From assembly GCF_037042905.1 (NCBI RefSeq), contig NC_087246.1, positions 33,604,001 through 33,668,000 on the forward strand: a DNA stretch of 64,000 nucleotides. The letters run 5' to 3'. This document shows positions 1-14,730 of this stretch, one piece after another (position 1 is the first letter of the stretch; the number at the start of each line of letters is the position of its first letter). The position numbers and the translations under genes were made by a program. Below the pieces are notes generated by a model. That model ran no database searches and was not told the origin of the DNA. It worked only from the letters and a program-made list of their open reading frames with translations. The stretch is from Lytechinus pictus (lineage: Eukaryota).

Positions 1-3000
1 CAAAAATGAAAACTATAGCAAAGTGAGGAACTAATCCTGACCCTTCGGCAATCCATGCTAACTCTGGGAACGACGCATCTATCTGTTTGGAATAAACAAA
101 AAATTAAAATGGGTGTGGTAATCTTGGTACTGAATGCTTTAATGCCAATTGAAGAATACATTTTACCTGTAACATGGATCAAAGAATACATTTGGCAGGT
201 ATCAAGCGGATTATTTGCAATCAATTACCTCCCTGTGACAGTAAACAAATTGATTCAATTTAAACAGGGTATCACAGTGAAAGGCAGTGAAGAGAATATA
301 TTTTGAGAAGGATGAAGGTGTGCTTGATTGACATAGAAACGGATGCGGAAAAAAAAACCTGTCTCCAACAATGTTCGCCTGAAACGAAGAGACACTCTTT
401 TTAAGGAGGTAATTTTATCCAGCTTTTGAAAGTAATAATCAGGTATGAAGCGAAAACAGTATATAGATCATGAAGAATGTATCACATTAGGTTTACAATG
501 AACATATCAGTTTTTTATTCTTCTAACAAGATAGAGGAATTTGTATATTTCGAAACATATATAGGGCTTCAACAATCTCCTTATGTTATTCTTCAAAGTT
601 TAAAATTTAAAAACGAAGGGGACACAACAAGAATAGACCTTTAAAGTGAATTCACGTATACATTAGTTTGTAAATTCATTTTTAAAAAAATGACCGATTG
701 GAACACGTAAGTCCTCAGAGGTAAATGAGTAGATGGGCGAAGTATGGATTCGTCGACGAGGGGTTTAGGTTATAAAGATATATAGATTTAAATTTAATTT
801 GGCAGCATTAACTTACATTGAGTGACATTATCATGATAATACTGTTTGCTAATAAAAACACATTTGGCAATGCGGATAGCCTTTAGAACAAACAAAAAAA
901 AACAGGGAGGAAAACATTTTTTATTGATTGAACATACGTTTCGCTTTTCTTTTTTCAAACGAACCCACAACTTTCAACCACCAACTCACCTACCCACACA
1001 CACAATAATGCGGCCGGCCATGCACCCATAAACGATGCAATCGGTTGTTCTTGATGCGACCCGAATATCAAGTTTCCTGTTCCAGAGGTATATTTAACTT
1101 GGGAGATTGAACATGAGATGAGATGACACCAATGTATTATATTCAAAACAGTCAGCAATTCATGTGAAATTTTTATGTCCTATAATTGATGAATCACACT
1201 CGTCGGGCTGACGAGGCTGAAGATCAACGCGTCATGGATTGAGCCGAGTACACCCCCCCCCCCCATATTCTGGCTCTCAAGCTTATATAAATCACTCAAA
1301 TCTATTTTGGTGAAAACTACAAAGAAATGTCAAATATAAAATGACCAACTAAAAACTGAAGAGATTTATTTAATTTTTTTTCTCTAAAAATCCCAATCCA
1401 ACACAATTCGGAAAATTGCAGAAGAGTGTCAATACCTAGTTGCCTATAAGCATTATCAGGTTTGGGTAGACTTTTTCTATTTTGATGACATTATTTTACT
1501 TGAAAAGTAAATAGATGTCGCTCCAGGTACCTATCTATTTTCAACATATGAAGAAAATCATTCATAAAAAAGAGGCTACCCTGTTGCAATAAAACAGAAA
1601 AAAATCCCAAATATATACACACTGACACACCCTCACCCACAAACATCTTAACACAAAGTCACACACATAAACGCGCGTCCGGCAAATATCACGTAGTCCC
1701 ATTGCAAACTCACATTATATGACCCACACATATTATTTTATGAGCACGCTCATCCACCCCAAGATGTGTTTGCATAATAGGCTACACTATTAGAAATCAG
1801 TCTTGATTGGAGCCATGCCCTTCAGATGTGAGATTCCTATCATTGAGGAGCTATCAGTTCCAATGCTTCCATTTTTCATTTGAATAACTTGAAATAAAAG
1901 TTTAAAGCAAGACTATTAGAAGTGGATTGACTCAAGGATAATCACCTTCTTCTTTTCGGCTATGTTCTACTTCTTCCCCCTCCCTCCTTTTTATACTCCG
2001 TACTTCGCAGTGGCGTACATCTACATTCAATCCCTAATAATACAATGTTAATAGACACTAAGAACCACGGATAATAGTTTGAGGAACGTATACAGGAAAA
2101 TATACCAATAACGATGTCATTTTTTTTGCTTTGACATTTGCAACCTATTTCCTCACGATAACTGACATAGCACCAACAAAAATGTCAAAGTCATCTTCAC
2201 CATAATGACTTTGCACATACACAACTAAAACTCGAAAAATATCTTCCGTAGGAAAATCGGAAAAGTAAAAATACAAAATCTTTTATATAATATGGAAGAA
2301 TACCTTTAATTTTAACTTTGAATGCTTGGCCCTTTCCTTTTTTAAAGCCTGTTATATTGGACGGAAAAGGCATATGATTCAGGCCACACTCAAAACGTGA
2401 CGATTCCCTCGACAAACGGCACAAGACCTCACCCTCCTGTCGTTGACAATGTGAATAATCCAGCAAAAGTCATGCAATGGAATGGTTGGTTACATGCAGA
2501 TGGAAATTAAATTAAGCTACTGGATCTGTGCCTTTAATTCCCTCAGACGAATGGCACAAAAGCATGTGATCTCATAGAGACTTGAAATTGATCGTCAACT
2601 TCAGCTTTTCCGCAAAAACAGGTAAATGAAAAAATGCAAACGGTCATGCCCGTCGGTCGTCGTATTGAATTGAACAAATGGCAGTAGAGTAATGACATTA
2701 TAAACATGAATGAAATTTGATTTCGACACCCAGGCAAGTGTAATATCGTTGTAACTCATATCTGCATAAATATTGAATGACAGTTAAGGTCACAATAAAC
2801 GTCATTCAAAACTCTTAACTCAAATGAAATGGAAAGAAAAGACAGAACACATTTTGTTTATCCTGTTACTGATGGTTTTTAATGGTCCTTTCAAATATTC
2901 ATGATTACCACGAATAAAATTACGTTTGATTTCTTTATCAAAATTATCTGTCAATAATCCATCAAAACTTATACGAATGGCTAGTTTGTTTGTGTTAAGA

Positions 3001-4594
3001 GTACTATTTGCACGACATGCTACTCAATGATAATTATCATCCAAATGTTAATTAATTTGATGGAACAGGATGGATAGCAAAGATATCAATTGAGTTCACA
3101 ATGTACTTTTCCATGACGATCAACTTTTTGGAGCATTACAGGATACCATTATGGTTACTACATCCGATGGCATAAATCGCCATCATGGCCAGCTGCATGA
3201 TCTTGCACACTGTTGTTCAGTTAGAATCTTAACTTTTGTCTAATTGGTATCGTAGCAAGTCGATTATATAGTAAAACATGTTATATTCAGACATTTAGAA
3301 TTACACAACAAATGGCAAATTCTTTACGATATAGCAATTCGTTTAAGAAATACCAATTCTATCATTAATACTTAGTAAACAGATCCTATGATGAAAACGT
3401 CTTGGGCGAAAACCAAATCCCGCTCAAAACGTGAACGTTTCCACCCAGGTGATCACCCAATCCCGTTGTTTTTTTCCTTTCGTCATGCAAGAATTATTAA
3501 AAGAACCATATTCCTCTATATTTCACTTATCTATGATCAGTTCACGATCCCTTGGTAAGCTACTTTAAATCAGTATTCATCTTACACCTCGGGGGGAATC
3601 CACTTGACGTTATATCCTTTCCTCTCTTCTCTTGGGGGTTTGGTGTTCATTTAAGAAACCGGCCTAGTGACCTTCCCTTTCCAGACTTGTTTAATCTAGA
3701 CAGCGGGTTTCTTTCACCTTGCATCTCAAATTACCGAACAACTATCCCTTATCTAAGACAGGATTAATGATCTGAGTGGGAAAATGCAAATCACAGCTTC
3801 AGTATTCGTAGCAATGCAGTGCATTTAGTAAACTATATACATGGGAGTTGTAAGGAGAAGCACTTAACTTATCCCTTTTCCCTTATCATTGTCTATGCCT
3901 GCTTGGGAGTACCGTTTGGATAACAACAATGTGCGACACTTCCTGTATTTTGTTTGCATGTGTAAACCGTAGCCTTGATAGTTTAAACCATTAAACATAA
4001 TCAGAGAAACCAGCCAACGAATCTTTCTAATGAACATGTGATTCCTCTCATGACCCGTGCCTATGTGTTGAGAGTTTGCGCTTGATCGCCACGCTTCATC
4101 GCATGGCCCCTCCCTATTTTCGTAGAAAGGGTATTTTCTTCTGGATGTAATCCCGTCAAGTCATCATGCTGTCCTCTGTAACCTTGTGCTGAACTCCCAA
4201 AGGATAAGAGTGGCGATCTTATACCGACAAGAGAAAAACAGACCAAAGCTCACATTGCCCGATGGCCTTGTGCCATTTTTAGCTCCCCTTGATGTTTTGA
4301 AAATGTTGTTGCAGCAACGGGTACACATTCGCATGCTCAATGGAATACCTCGTTATGGCAAGTTTTAAAACTTGTGTGTGGGTGTGTGTGCGAAGAGAGG
4401 AATAGCGAGTTGTAGGAATGGAGACTGTGTGTGAGCGATGTTTTGTATATCATTGCAGAAACCGCGGAGGAAAACGGGATAGGAGAAACAATTTTACCAT
4501 AAAGTGTTTTATCAATTAAATATTGTATTTAATGCGAAAATTAAGTATATAAATATTAAGTTTAGATACAGATAGAACATATGGATATATATTT

Positions 4595-4700
4595 TATACA
4601 TACTCACATACACACATACATACACCCTCCCGGACATACATACAAACATACATGCATACATACATATACATATAATGTAGATAGATAAGTAAAGACAGAT
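4595..4700. repeat. Degenerate (ATAC)n/(ATAG)n microsatellite
   Basis: Seen directly. Confidence 0.75.
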
Positions 4701-4962
4701 AATCGATGAAAGGAACGAAGGAAGGGGATGGAATGAAGGTAAGAAACATTGAGACTGCCTGGTTTTTAACCGCAACGGTGTGTTCATGGAACACCCACCT
4801 CCCTACTGCAGATAGCTCAGTGTAGCTTGTGACCATAACCTGAACCTTTTGCTTCTGGGACCATTACTGAGGAAGTAGGTATTGGCCAAGTTTCACGCTA
4901 CTAAAATATTTTCCATACTGAATTGTGCACAGGTGAATGCTTCAAAGTGGTATTAGGTTGAA

Positions 4963-4976
4963 CATGGGCCTCCATG
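4963..4976. mobile_element. 14-bp degenerate remnant, probably the same family
   Basis: CATGGGCCTCCATG flanked by GGTTGAA (4956-4962) and GGTTGAT (4977-4983). Confidence 0.55.
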
Positions 4977-7900
4977 GGTTGATCAAAATCATCTATATTT
5001 AGCGCAATAGTAACGTAATCGGGAATTCACTTTCCTTTCCCCTTTCAGCAACCTGTTTAGTCAAGTGGATTGTTAAATCTCATTCTCTCATCATGATAAT
5101 AAAATATTCCTGACAATGAAATAAAAGTCATGTATTTTCCAAGTCAAGCAAAAGTTGATTGCAGGCTACACAAGTAAAATATTCTTCTCGTCTTCACTAG
5201 ATTAAGAATATTTGTAAATGACGGATGAATGTGTTCCCTGATAATGATCCATGTATTATTTCCGAATGGAGTATAATCGCAAGTATTACATTTTGATAAA
5301 CAAAAATATATCATAATTACAGTTTCAAAGATTATATTTTTAATTTTATTCTTATACTGAATTTTACTGTTTACATATAATGTATATAAAAAAGAATTGT
5401 AAATATCAAGACTAATTTTACTATATTATTGGCTTTTAAAACTTTTATTTGATAATAATAGTAACACATGTGACTTATAAAGCGTCAAATTCACTTTGTG
5501 TTCAAGCTGCATCGGCTGGGCTAGCAATTTCAGTGACAAAAACATCTATATTATTGTAATTTTGCCTCGTATTCGATTGGCATGTTGGCCGGGAATACTG
5601 AATATCGAATCGTATTATCTGCTTGCAATTCTCCGCTTCCAAATATTATTTTAGGTAACCTCGAGGGGTGCAGAATCTAATCAGTTGGAACATAACTAAA
5701 TTTCCGACTTGGTCCAAAAGAAGTATGTCTTTTACGTTAATAACAACCTTGCACACGGGGAGTTGACATATTTGGGCCTGCCATATATATGTCAAAACGA
5801 CCTTTTAGAAGTCTTTTAAGATCTCGTGTTGCTACGTATCTCCCATCAAAATGACAAAAGATCCAACCAGTTCTAGACCAAGACAGCAGGCTAACGGAGA
5901 CAATTTTCCATTTTGTACAGTCCATGACCAACATGGAGATGTTTTTCTAGTGGAACTAGATTCATATTCTTCATATTTTTACAGAAATATTAAAGAAGAA
6001 TAACGAATGACGATAATGACGAGTGATGCATTCATTAATTATATTCAGTCTTTTTCCTATGATCTTTCGGGTTGATAAGTTGATGTATCTGATATTACAC
6101 AAAATTCGAGTCAACTTGATTTAGCAAGCCTCAAGTTAAGTGTGAGGATGAATGTGGGAGTAGGGTTTGGTGTTCATCACTAATTAATAAACACAATTTG
6201 ACATGATATACATGTATCACATGCTTCTTTCAATAAAAAAATATTATTTGTGACAAAGTAGCCATTTACAATGAAAACCTTCGGATCCACATAACACACT
6301 CATACATATTATACTGTAAATTAAAAAAAATATTGATAGGGATCTGGAAATGGTTCTGAAAATATGTAAGTGTAGTGAAGAATTCACTAGATAATAAATG
6401 AAATTAATCTAGTAATGTTTATGAAAATATCAAAGTGTAATAAACATGAAGTATATTACTTATTAGCATGGCAAACTAGATCCTGTTTTATTTTCGTTAT
6501 ATTTCTTGGCTGTATCGCAGTTAAACAAATTGCATAAATGTGCTTAATCTGGTACTTGGATACCCGCCATTTTGGCACCAAATGCATGCGTAGCAACCAG
6601 AAGTTATCTATTGCATTCAAATTTAGCCATCACAACATTGAATGAAATAATTACTAACGCTAAGTTGTAGTAGTTTTACGTAAACTTTCTTTCCGTTCCC
6701 CCTTTACCTGTTTCCTAATTCGGAACTGAAAATGGGTCCTTGCCAGCGATGGATATGAAACAACCGATCGTATCTTAGCAGTTTGAAAGAGCCCCACAAC
6801 ATGACTGTTAAATATCTGGTCGATTGTGTTCATATGACACAAGATAATCTTTGGGACCACACGGGAATATTAATAGAATAATAAAAAAACAGACTGAAAA
6901 AGTTATATTCGTGAGCTTCGCTGAAGAAAGGGTTTTAAATAACTCCATGGACTATCAAAAAAGTAGTCTTTTATCCCCTAATTTTCTGCGGTGGGTGAAT
7001 CAGTAATGACGAATATTTTAGATCCTGTTATGCAGTAAGGGACCTGGAGAAAAGGTCTTTTATAACAGCAGGTGCAGAGAAACCTGTAACACTGTAACGA
7101 AGGGTGTGGTACACGGTGTGGGGCACGTGTTTGTGCGTGAGTGTTTTGTGCCTGTTTGTTTGTTATGAGTGTGTGTTTTGTGCCTGTCTGTGTGTTGTGA
7201 TTGTGTTTCATGTACCCGAATGTATGCACAATAATTGGGTTTATTGTAATCATTTCTACACTTTTTTTTTCAGTGATCCGTGACCTGCCTACAGATCAGA
7301 GACCCACATTAAAATAGTAAGGATTATCATGATCATAGAAGACTGAAACAAAACCGATGTTAATTCATGCTTTATGATAAATTAATTACAATTGTAATTG
7401 ACGAACGAGGCATAATTCTACAGCTGAAATCCTCGACTTTGATAATATAACATATATAATATATTCAATGTAAACGATTAATTGAAATGTAATTTATACT
7501 ACACGTAATTGACAAAATGGATATGCATGAATAATCATAGCAAAAACCACTGATCAGAAAACTGTAAATGGTTTCACTGTTGTCTGCGGGAGTCTTTATG
7601 TTCATCCTGTAATGATTATTCCCAACCTACGAGAGATTGTTTTGAAACGTAATCCAGCCTGTCTGAAAATGAAAAGCTCTTCCGTTTTCCTTCCAATTTT
7701 GGCTTTCTGAAAGGATTTAGGTTGAGAAGGGTGACTCTAAGAGATATGGTATTTTGTCAAATGAAAATGTTTTGATGAGTCACACTGTCATGCTGAATGG
7801 CGAACATGATAATTCCTTACACAGACCATGGACCTACTAGAAATAACCATCATTCAAGATTGTAAAGTAAGTAAATAAGTAAATTACACAACTTAATGTA

Positions 7901-7984
7901 GGTAGAAACAGCTGGACATTAAAGAATGCATTAAGACAAAGAGTGAAACAGTATAGGCTTTCAATACAAGAATACGACCTTCTG

Positions 7985-8128
7985 GGGCCCGTTGCAGAAA
8001 GAGTTGCGATCAATGCAACTCAAAAAATCTTGCACAACTTAATTTTCAGCCAATGAAACACCCTTATTCGGGACTTGCGCTTGATATTTTGACTTGCGTT
8101 TAAAAGCAACTCTGTCTGCAACGGCCCC
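7985..8128. mobile_element. MITE (GGGCCCGTTGCAGA termini, CTG TSD; PIF/Harbinger-like)
   Basis: Terminal inverted repeats, ctg on both flanks, second copy at 23782. Confidence 0.8.
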
Positions 8129-8140
8129 CTGATCAAGTAA

Positions 8141-8413
8141 TAGGGAGTTTTCGCAATATTACGCAGACGCTTTCTGGAACGTTGAGAACATATTGTCAAA
8201 AGACCTTCGTGACAAAGCAGTCTTTGTTGAAAATTGAATAATCCAAACAGCGGAGTCGTTCTGGACAATGGATTAACAATATATTTGCAATTTTTGGTCA
8301 GCTCCGAAACTTGGGACGAAACTGCTGATCTGTTCATTGAGATTTCACAGGCATTGTCAATGTTTTCTAAACGTTCCAGAAATTGTCTGCGTAGTGGCTG
8401 TGAAAACTTGCTA
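8141..8413 (+). mobile_element. ~300-bp MITE family (tagggagttttcgc...gcgaaaactcgcta), copy 1
   Basis: Imperfect TIRs; shares core gtcagctccgaaact with four other copies. Confidence 0.7.
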
Positions 8414-11400
8414 ATGTGAAAGAAGCCTTGATAACATCACTTTTTACAAATGGCTGTGGATGTATAAATATGTTAAATGATCAATAAGAGTGCATTTTTC
8501 GTTTCCTTTTGGATCTACAAAAACGAAAAACGACAATTTATGTGCTTGAGTCCAAAATTTGCTACATTCGTGAGCATTGGCCGTTTAGGGATTTACCCCC
8601 TTCCATAAAATGTGGAGAAATAATGCAGTTTCTGAAGCATGTAGAATATTCACTTAAAGTACTTTTTGATTAACATCATTTTGAAAAAGCGAGATGATAT
8701 CACACAATAATTAATGGTTTTCACTTCAGTCTGAATAGGCGTTAAATACAACATTTATTTTATGTCATGAAATGCAGTGAACCTCTGCATGAGCACCCAG
8801 ACGAGGTATAGACCTGCCAATGACAAACACACCCACTATGTTTTGCAAATATTCTACAGTTTGTAGCAAGTCAATCCCAATTATTATTATGTTTTGATGT
8901 TAAAGGTTCATTTATGCATGTCAAATTATGAAAGAATGACTGAAATAGAAAAAAACTCGATGCATTTATTGTAATCTTTCATGCCATCTGACGATGACTT
9001 CAAACTTAAAAAAAAATCACATTTTTTACTTTGTTTTCCATTACTATGAATTATCAAATACGCTTGATTTTTTTTTCTGATTTAGTTCCAGACTGTAGAG
9101 GATATTGGTGACAGAACAAGAGATTCGGTGACTGGGATAAAAAGTATTTTTGTGCGAATCATGAATGGACTATGTGAAATTGTATCCCATTCTATTTGTG
9201 TGATATTGCCGAAACCCTGTCTCAACGGAGAGAAGGATACGGAGGAAACGCATTCGAGTAGTAAAAAGAAATTCTGTTTCCGAAGAATACACTGAAATTT
9301 GTTGGATTGATATTGAAAAGGAAGTGTTTTACAGTAAATCTCACAATGAGTAAATGATCTATTTTGCCTGTTAATGGATGCAAATGTTGATTGAAAGGAC
9401 TTATTCTGTTTTAGGATGGGATATTGGTATTCATTCTGTTTTAAAGGCATAGTCTTGTTCGAAACTGAACATGAAAACCAATTGATTTACACATAAGGCA
9501 TTTAAGGGTCTACACATACACACAAACACTCTCTCACACACACACTAACCCACTCCCTTCTCCCTCACACACATCCTACACACACACACCCTTACGCACA
9601 CACCCTCACACACACCCATTCACACATCCATCCTTACAAATATTTACAGGGACTCGTTAACATATGGACCTTCATTTGGTAGTGTCCAATAAATTAAGAA
9701 GTGAAAATAGACAGCAATAAACAGAGGGAAAGTCACAAATAATTGATCTCCTTAACTTTTTGAAGATTTAGTTTCGTACTTCCTATCATCGATAGCTTGG
9801 AAATAACCCCCACAGGGTATGTTCGTATGATAGCAGACTCATTGTCAAGGTAACAGTCATTGTCACGCGGCAGAGAATATGTTTGCTCTTTTTTCATTAG
9901 AAAGCCTGATGAAAATAGACTGATTCATGAAACGGTTCAAACAGAAATCTCGTAACCTCGAGCACGACCACATGTTTTTCATCTCATCCTCACTTTGTGT
10001 AGCAGGGTATTTATACATTCCATAAGGTAAGGGGAAATAACACAGAGTTTGTATATTTCGGCTCACTGAAGAGAGTATGGCAATAAAATATAAAAATAAA
10101 AACCTAAAAATGAAAAGCTTATCCATATTAAATGTAAAATACATTTAAAATCAATAAAATCCTAATCTAGGGTATGGAACATCTATTCCTATCTCTCTCT
10201 CTACCTTTCTTCCTACCGTCTTTTAATCTCTATCACTTATCCTTGATTCATTAACTACATTTCATGATTTTTAAGGGAATGTGGCACAACTTTTTTGTTA
10301 CTTTTTTTCTGAAAATATCTGACATTGACATTATTTCTTTTGGGGATTAAATCTAAACGTTTACCTTAAATCATTACTATCAAGCTCGGTGCACTTTTTA
10401 AGAATTCCTTTATGTGTTACATTTTTCGTTTGGTTTAAATTTAGTCTAATGTTATAGTCTTTGAAAACTTTTAAGTTTCACTAAAATCGTAATTAAAATT
10501 CCACTTGTTCTACATCATTCTGGATCTAAACGTGATCTTTAGACTCAGTTTTTGCGCGTGCATGAGTTCATATGGGGAAACTTTCAGTGAAATAAATTCT
10601 TTAATATCGTTTGCTTGTCAACCAGTTTGTTTAAATCGGATGTAGACTGTTTGAGTCACTATATACCACCATAACGAAATCCATGTGTCAGAAGAAGCAA
10701 CTTCATCTGTACTTTGTTTTACAGACTAGAAAATCATGTTTGATTATTAATACACATACGTCAGCTTGTATACACGCATTCATATCAAATCCCTAAGAGA
10801 GGGAGGCTTTGCTGGAAAAAAAATGAATGCTCATTTTAAAAAATCATGAAGGAGCCACCATGATGAAAGTAGAAGTGATTAATTATAATAAAAATACAAG
10901 ATTGTGATAGTTAAACGGATATAGGAATTAGTATTTTGTATAATCATAGTAGAAAAAATATAGACATGCTTGATTAATATGTTGTTTTTATATTAAAATT
11001 TCGAACTCCAACATGTCAATATACAATGAAAAAGTACATGGACTATATGAACATATAGAAATATAAACAATTGCACGGTATTTAAAAAAAAATACATAGT
11101 ACATGCACACTCGTTCGCATCGGAATTAAAAGTGATTGGCTTCAGCAAGCACGGCAAGTGCACATACATGTATACTGCACACCAATCACACCCGCATGTA
11201 CAACCTTACACATGATCGCACACGATCTAACTAACCACACGCACACACACCCCACACACACAAACCCATACATACTACTTTATATATTGATCATTCATTA
11301 ATATACCTACAACTGACAGCCTCTCGAAAATAACATATTCATACTATTTTCCTTTTTTCTCTCTCTCCCTCCCCTTTCTCTCCTGCACACACACACACAC

Positions 11401-13589
11401 ACACATACGCACACCGATCCCTCTCTTTATATTTCCTTGATATTAATTTGTTGTATATTCTCTGATGAGTTGAAGGTGATTTGAATAAAAAAGGCCGGTG
11501 GGTTCCCGCGATCAATCCGGAGGAAGCGACCTGAAATTAGATCTGTCATCAATGGTTATCTCTCCACTGTGTCTGCGTTTCGATCTGATCGTTGAAAACT
11601 GATCACCATCCTCAAAATATTTCTTCGACTGCATTATCAGAACGATGACAGTTGGGTTAGTTTCAGGAACAACGTTGTATTTGCAAGAATAAGCTGTTTG
11701 GTTATGAAGTTTTACGAAGAGTTTATTTTTATTATTTAATAATAATAATGATGATAATAATAATGATGATAATAATGTCTTGTATTCAAAGCTGCCATTT
11801 CCTCTACAGATCGGGAATTAAACATAAAACGTGAGACGAAAGGGCTCTTTTTCATTTTATTTTTCGTTATTTATGTTTCTTTCTTGCCAGTGTGTGTTTA
11901 GGGGTGATTGCCTGGTATAATGTACATTCAGGCTTTAATGTGTGTCTTTGGGGGTATTTTTGTTTAAGGAGGATTTTGTTTTACGTTTTAATGTAGATGG
12001 AAAGTTGTAATATCTCTAGAGTATATATGTTCACGATCAGTGGTATTTTCTTCTCTTTAATACTGCCAAGAACTTGTTAACATAGAATGACTGTAAGGGT
12101 GTACATGAGTTCCTATTTTTATGCCCATTTTTATCTTTTCACTACAATATGTCCCATGTGTCAGGGCAAATCAAAAGAGTTTTGAATCATGTTTATTTCT
12201 TTTTGATGGGGGCACTTGAAGAACGTTCTTGTATCTGTATTTAAACTTTTATGGTTCTATGATTTGACCTTTGTAATTTGATGGAGCCGTTTTGTAGTAT
12301 TCGTTATTTGTAAACATGCTACTACAATTACTACTACTACTACATAATTTATCAAATTTGTTGAAATTCATAATAGAAATACGAAAATCATTCCTAAAAC
12401 CAGAATTGGATAAATTATGCATATTTTAAAGTGAAGTTAATCAGTTAACTCTTAAGAATAACACAACTGTTGAATTTAAAACGAGTGAGACAGTAAATAT
12501 TCATTAGACTAACTAACGAATAACAAAACAAGAAGAATTTAATTATGTTACCTGATTATACAGTCTGACCTAATAATCCCTACAAAGAACGTGACCCTGA
12601 TGACGAGACAATTAAATTATTATTTCAATTTTTTTACTCTAATTTAAAAGTAATTACATTTGTTCACCAATAATGATTTCCCGCTTAGTCAAAATGTGAT
12701 AATTGATAAGTGAAATTAAAGATTTAATGGAAAATCATAACATATGACAATATGACAATAATCCATTTCAGTTTAGTAAACGTAGATCAAGTAAAGTAGA
12801 TTGTACACATAAAATATTTTAAGAGGAAGATTAAAGTATCGACCATATGACGAACTGAGTAAAAACCTCGCATTTTATTCCTTTTATATGCAAATCAAAT
12901 TTTGGGAACCCCTTTAACATTGGTCTTTCCCGTCGGGAAATATATTCGCAGGAAACAGAAATCCAAGCGCGACGTTTAATGTCGACTTTTCTCAGTCTAA
13001 AAGGGTCATGTTAAGGTGAGACAAATTAGGAGACCCAGGCCAGTTTGATAAAATGTATAAATATAGTGATAACCTGCTTAAATAAATGACATATCTGAGC
13101 TATAAAAAGACAAAATTGCAATTTTCACCTGGAGGCATAGTTATAAGAAGCCTTCTATTTAGCCAGATGACAAACTTCAGAAAGCTATAAAAAGCACACA
13201 ATATTTTCCCCAGCTTGATAAAGTCTTTCCACTAACAGGATTGATAGTCCAAAAAATGTCTATCCGATATTTCTATATGTGAGGTATCAATCTATTAAAT
13301 CCATTGAAATACTATATGAACGGTTATGAATTTTGTCACCGAAATTTATGGGTTTGGTTGAAAGAATATACAAATCTATAGACAAGTTTCCATCGTCCAT
13401 GAGAAATATAGATTTTCTTAATCTTTGCTCATAAAAGAGCCCAAACATTCTAACACATAGAGTTTGGACGAAAGGCTTAATAGGAAAGACGGATGTATCA
13501 TAGAGATGGTAAATGAACTATACCTTTTCAGTTCTTCATGCATTGTCTGTCATGCTAACATTCCACAAAAAAGCTCCGCTAAATACCAG

Positions 13590-13770
13590 GGGCCGTTTCA
13601 TAAAGCTGTTCGTAAGTTAAGAGAGACTTTAAGAACGACTGATGAACCTCTTTTTACGCGCCAAACCATTGCCAATGACCATTTTGGTGCATACCCTTTA
13701 CCAAGAGAAATGATCACCAGTTGCTCTTAAAGTAATTCTCAACTAACTAACTGCTTTATGAAACGGCCTC
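13590..13770. mobile_element. MITE (gtttcataaagctgttcgtaa TIR family, CWG-flanked)
   Basis: TIRs ggccgtttcataaagc / gctttatgaaacggcc. Confidence 0.75.
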
Positions 13771-14494
13771 CTGAATTCAAGGAAACCATATGGTATATCA
13801 AAATCCAATTTCATTAGATCACAAAATTGGATTGATATCACTTTTTAAATGATTCATGATGAGGAAGAAGCTATTAGTTTGATGAATATTGTATTATATT
13901 TTGTTATGGCGTTGTCCAAAATAGGGCAAACTAACAATAATCTGTGGTTTTGTTGGAGAAACAATGATATCATAGGAACCATTGTGATTAACGGGTCGGA
14001 AGTCTATTAATGAGACTAAAAATATAATACAAATACAAATAAGATCAAGTTGCACTATGAAACAGTTCTAGACTATGAATTAGTTAAAAGCACTTAACAA
14101 TAGATTTTCTGTCGGACAAATTTTTATTGTTTATGAGATTAGAAATGAGTTGTTTATTAGCGTGCTAAAGACAGGACTCAGTGCAAGTGTTTTGATATCT
14201 TATATTGAAAAAAAAAATTCAGTTTAAAGTTTTGACAATCATCGAATACGAACACTTTAACAAGTTTTGACATTTTATGAATACGAATAATCTTCACACA
14301 ATTTTCAAAAAAAAAAATGCAATTTAAATTAATAATTTGATACCTGTATAACTGAATTCAAAGAGCTAATGGAAAATAAGTAATTTTTTTGAAATTCCCA
14401 GGCAAAACCTTTCAATGTGTTTATCACATAAAATAAATAATTAAAAAAATATTTCCAGTTTAAGGAATATCCAGGATATTATGAGCATTTTTTT

Positions 14495-14730
14495 CATTAC
14501 TATTATTATCATCATCATCATCATCATTACTGATATTATTTTCATCAAAAATATTATTCTCATTCTTATCATTTTTATTATCATTATTATTGTATTTATC
14601 ATTTTCACTATTAACCATCACTAATTGTTATTATTGATATCATTATTATTATAACCACTGTTATCATTATTTTTTCAATCCTTATGGTTATTGTTCTTTT
14701 CATCATTATCATTTTTATTAGTATTTTTTC
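14495..14730. repeat. Degenerate (ATT/ATC)n microsatellite
   Basis: Seen directly. Confidence 0.8.

Noticed and set aside
2500-4900. Several exon-like segments (about 2500-2621 on +, 4060-4340 and 4799-4867 on -)
   Set aside because: Could not be joined into a consistent frame and show no recognisable protein motif
7827-7836. CATGGACCTA as a fourth complete footprint
   Set aside because: Only one terminus; no matching right end or TSD found nearby
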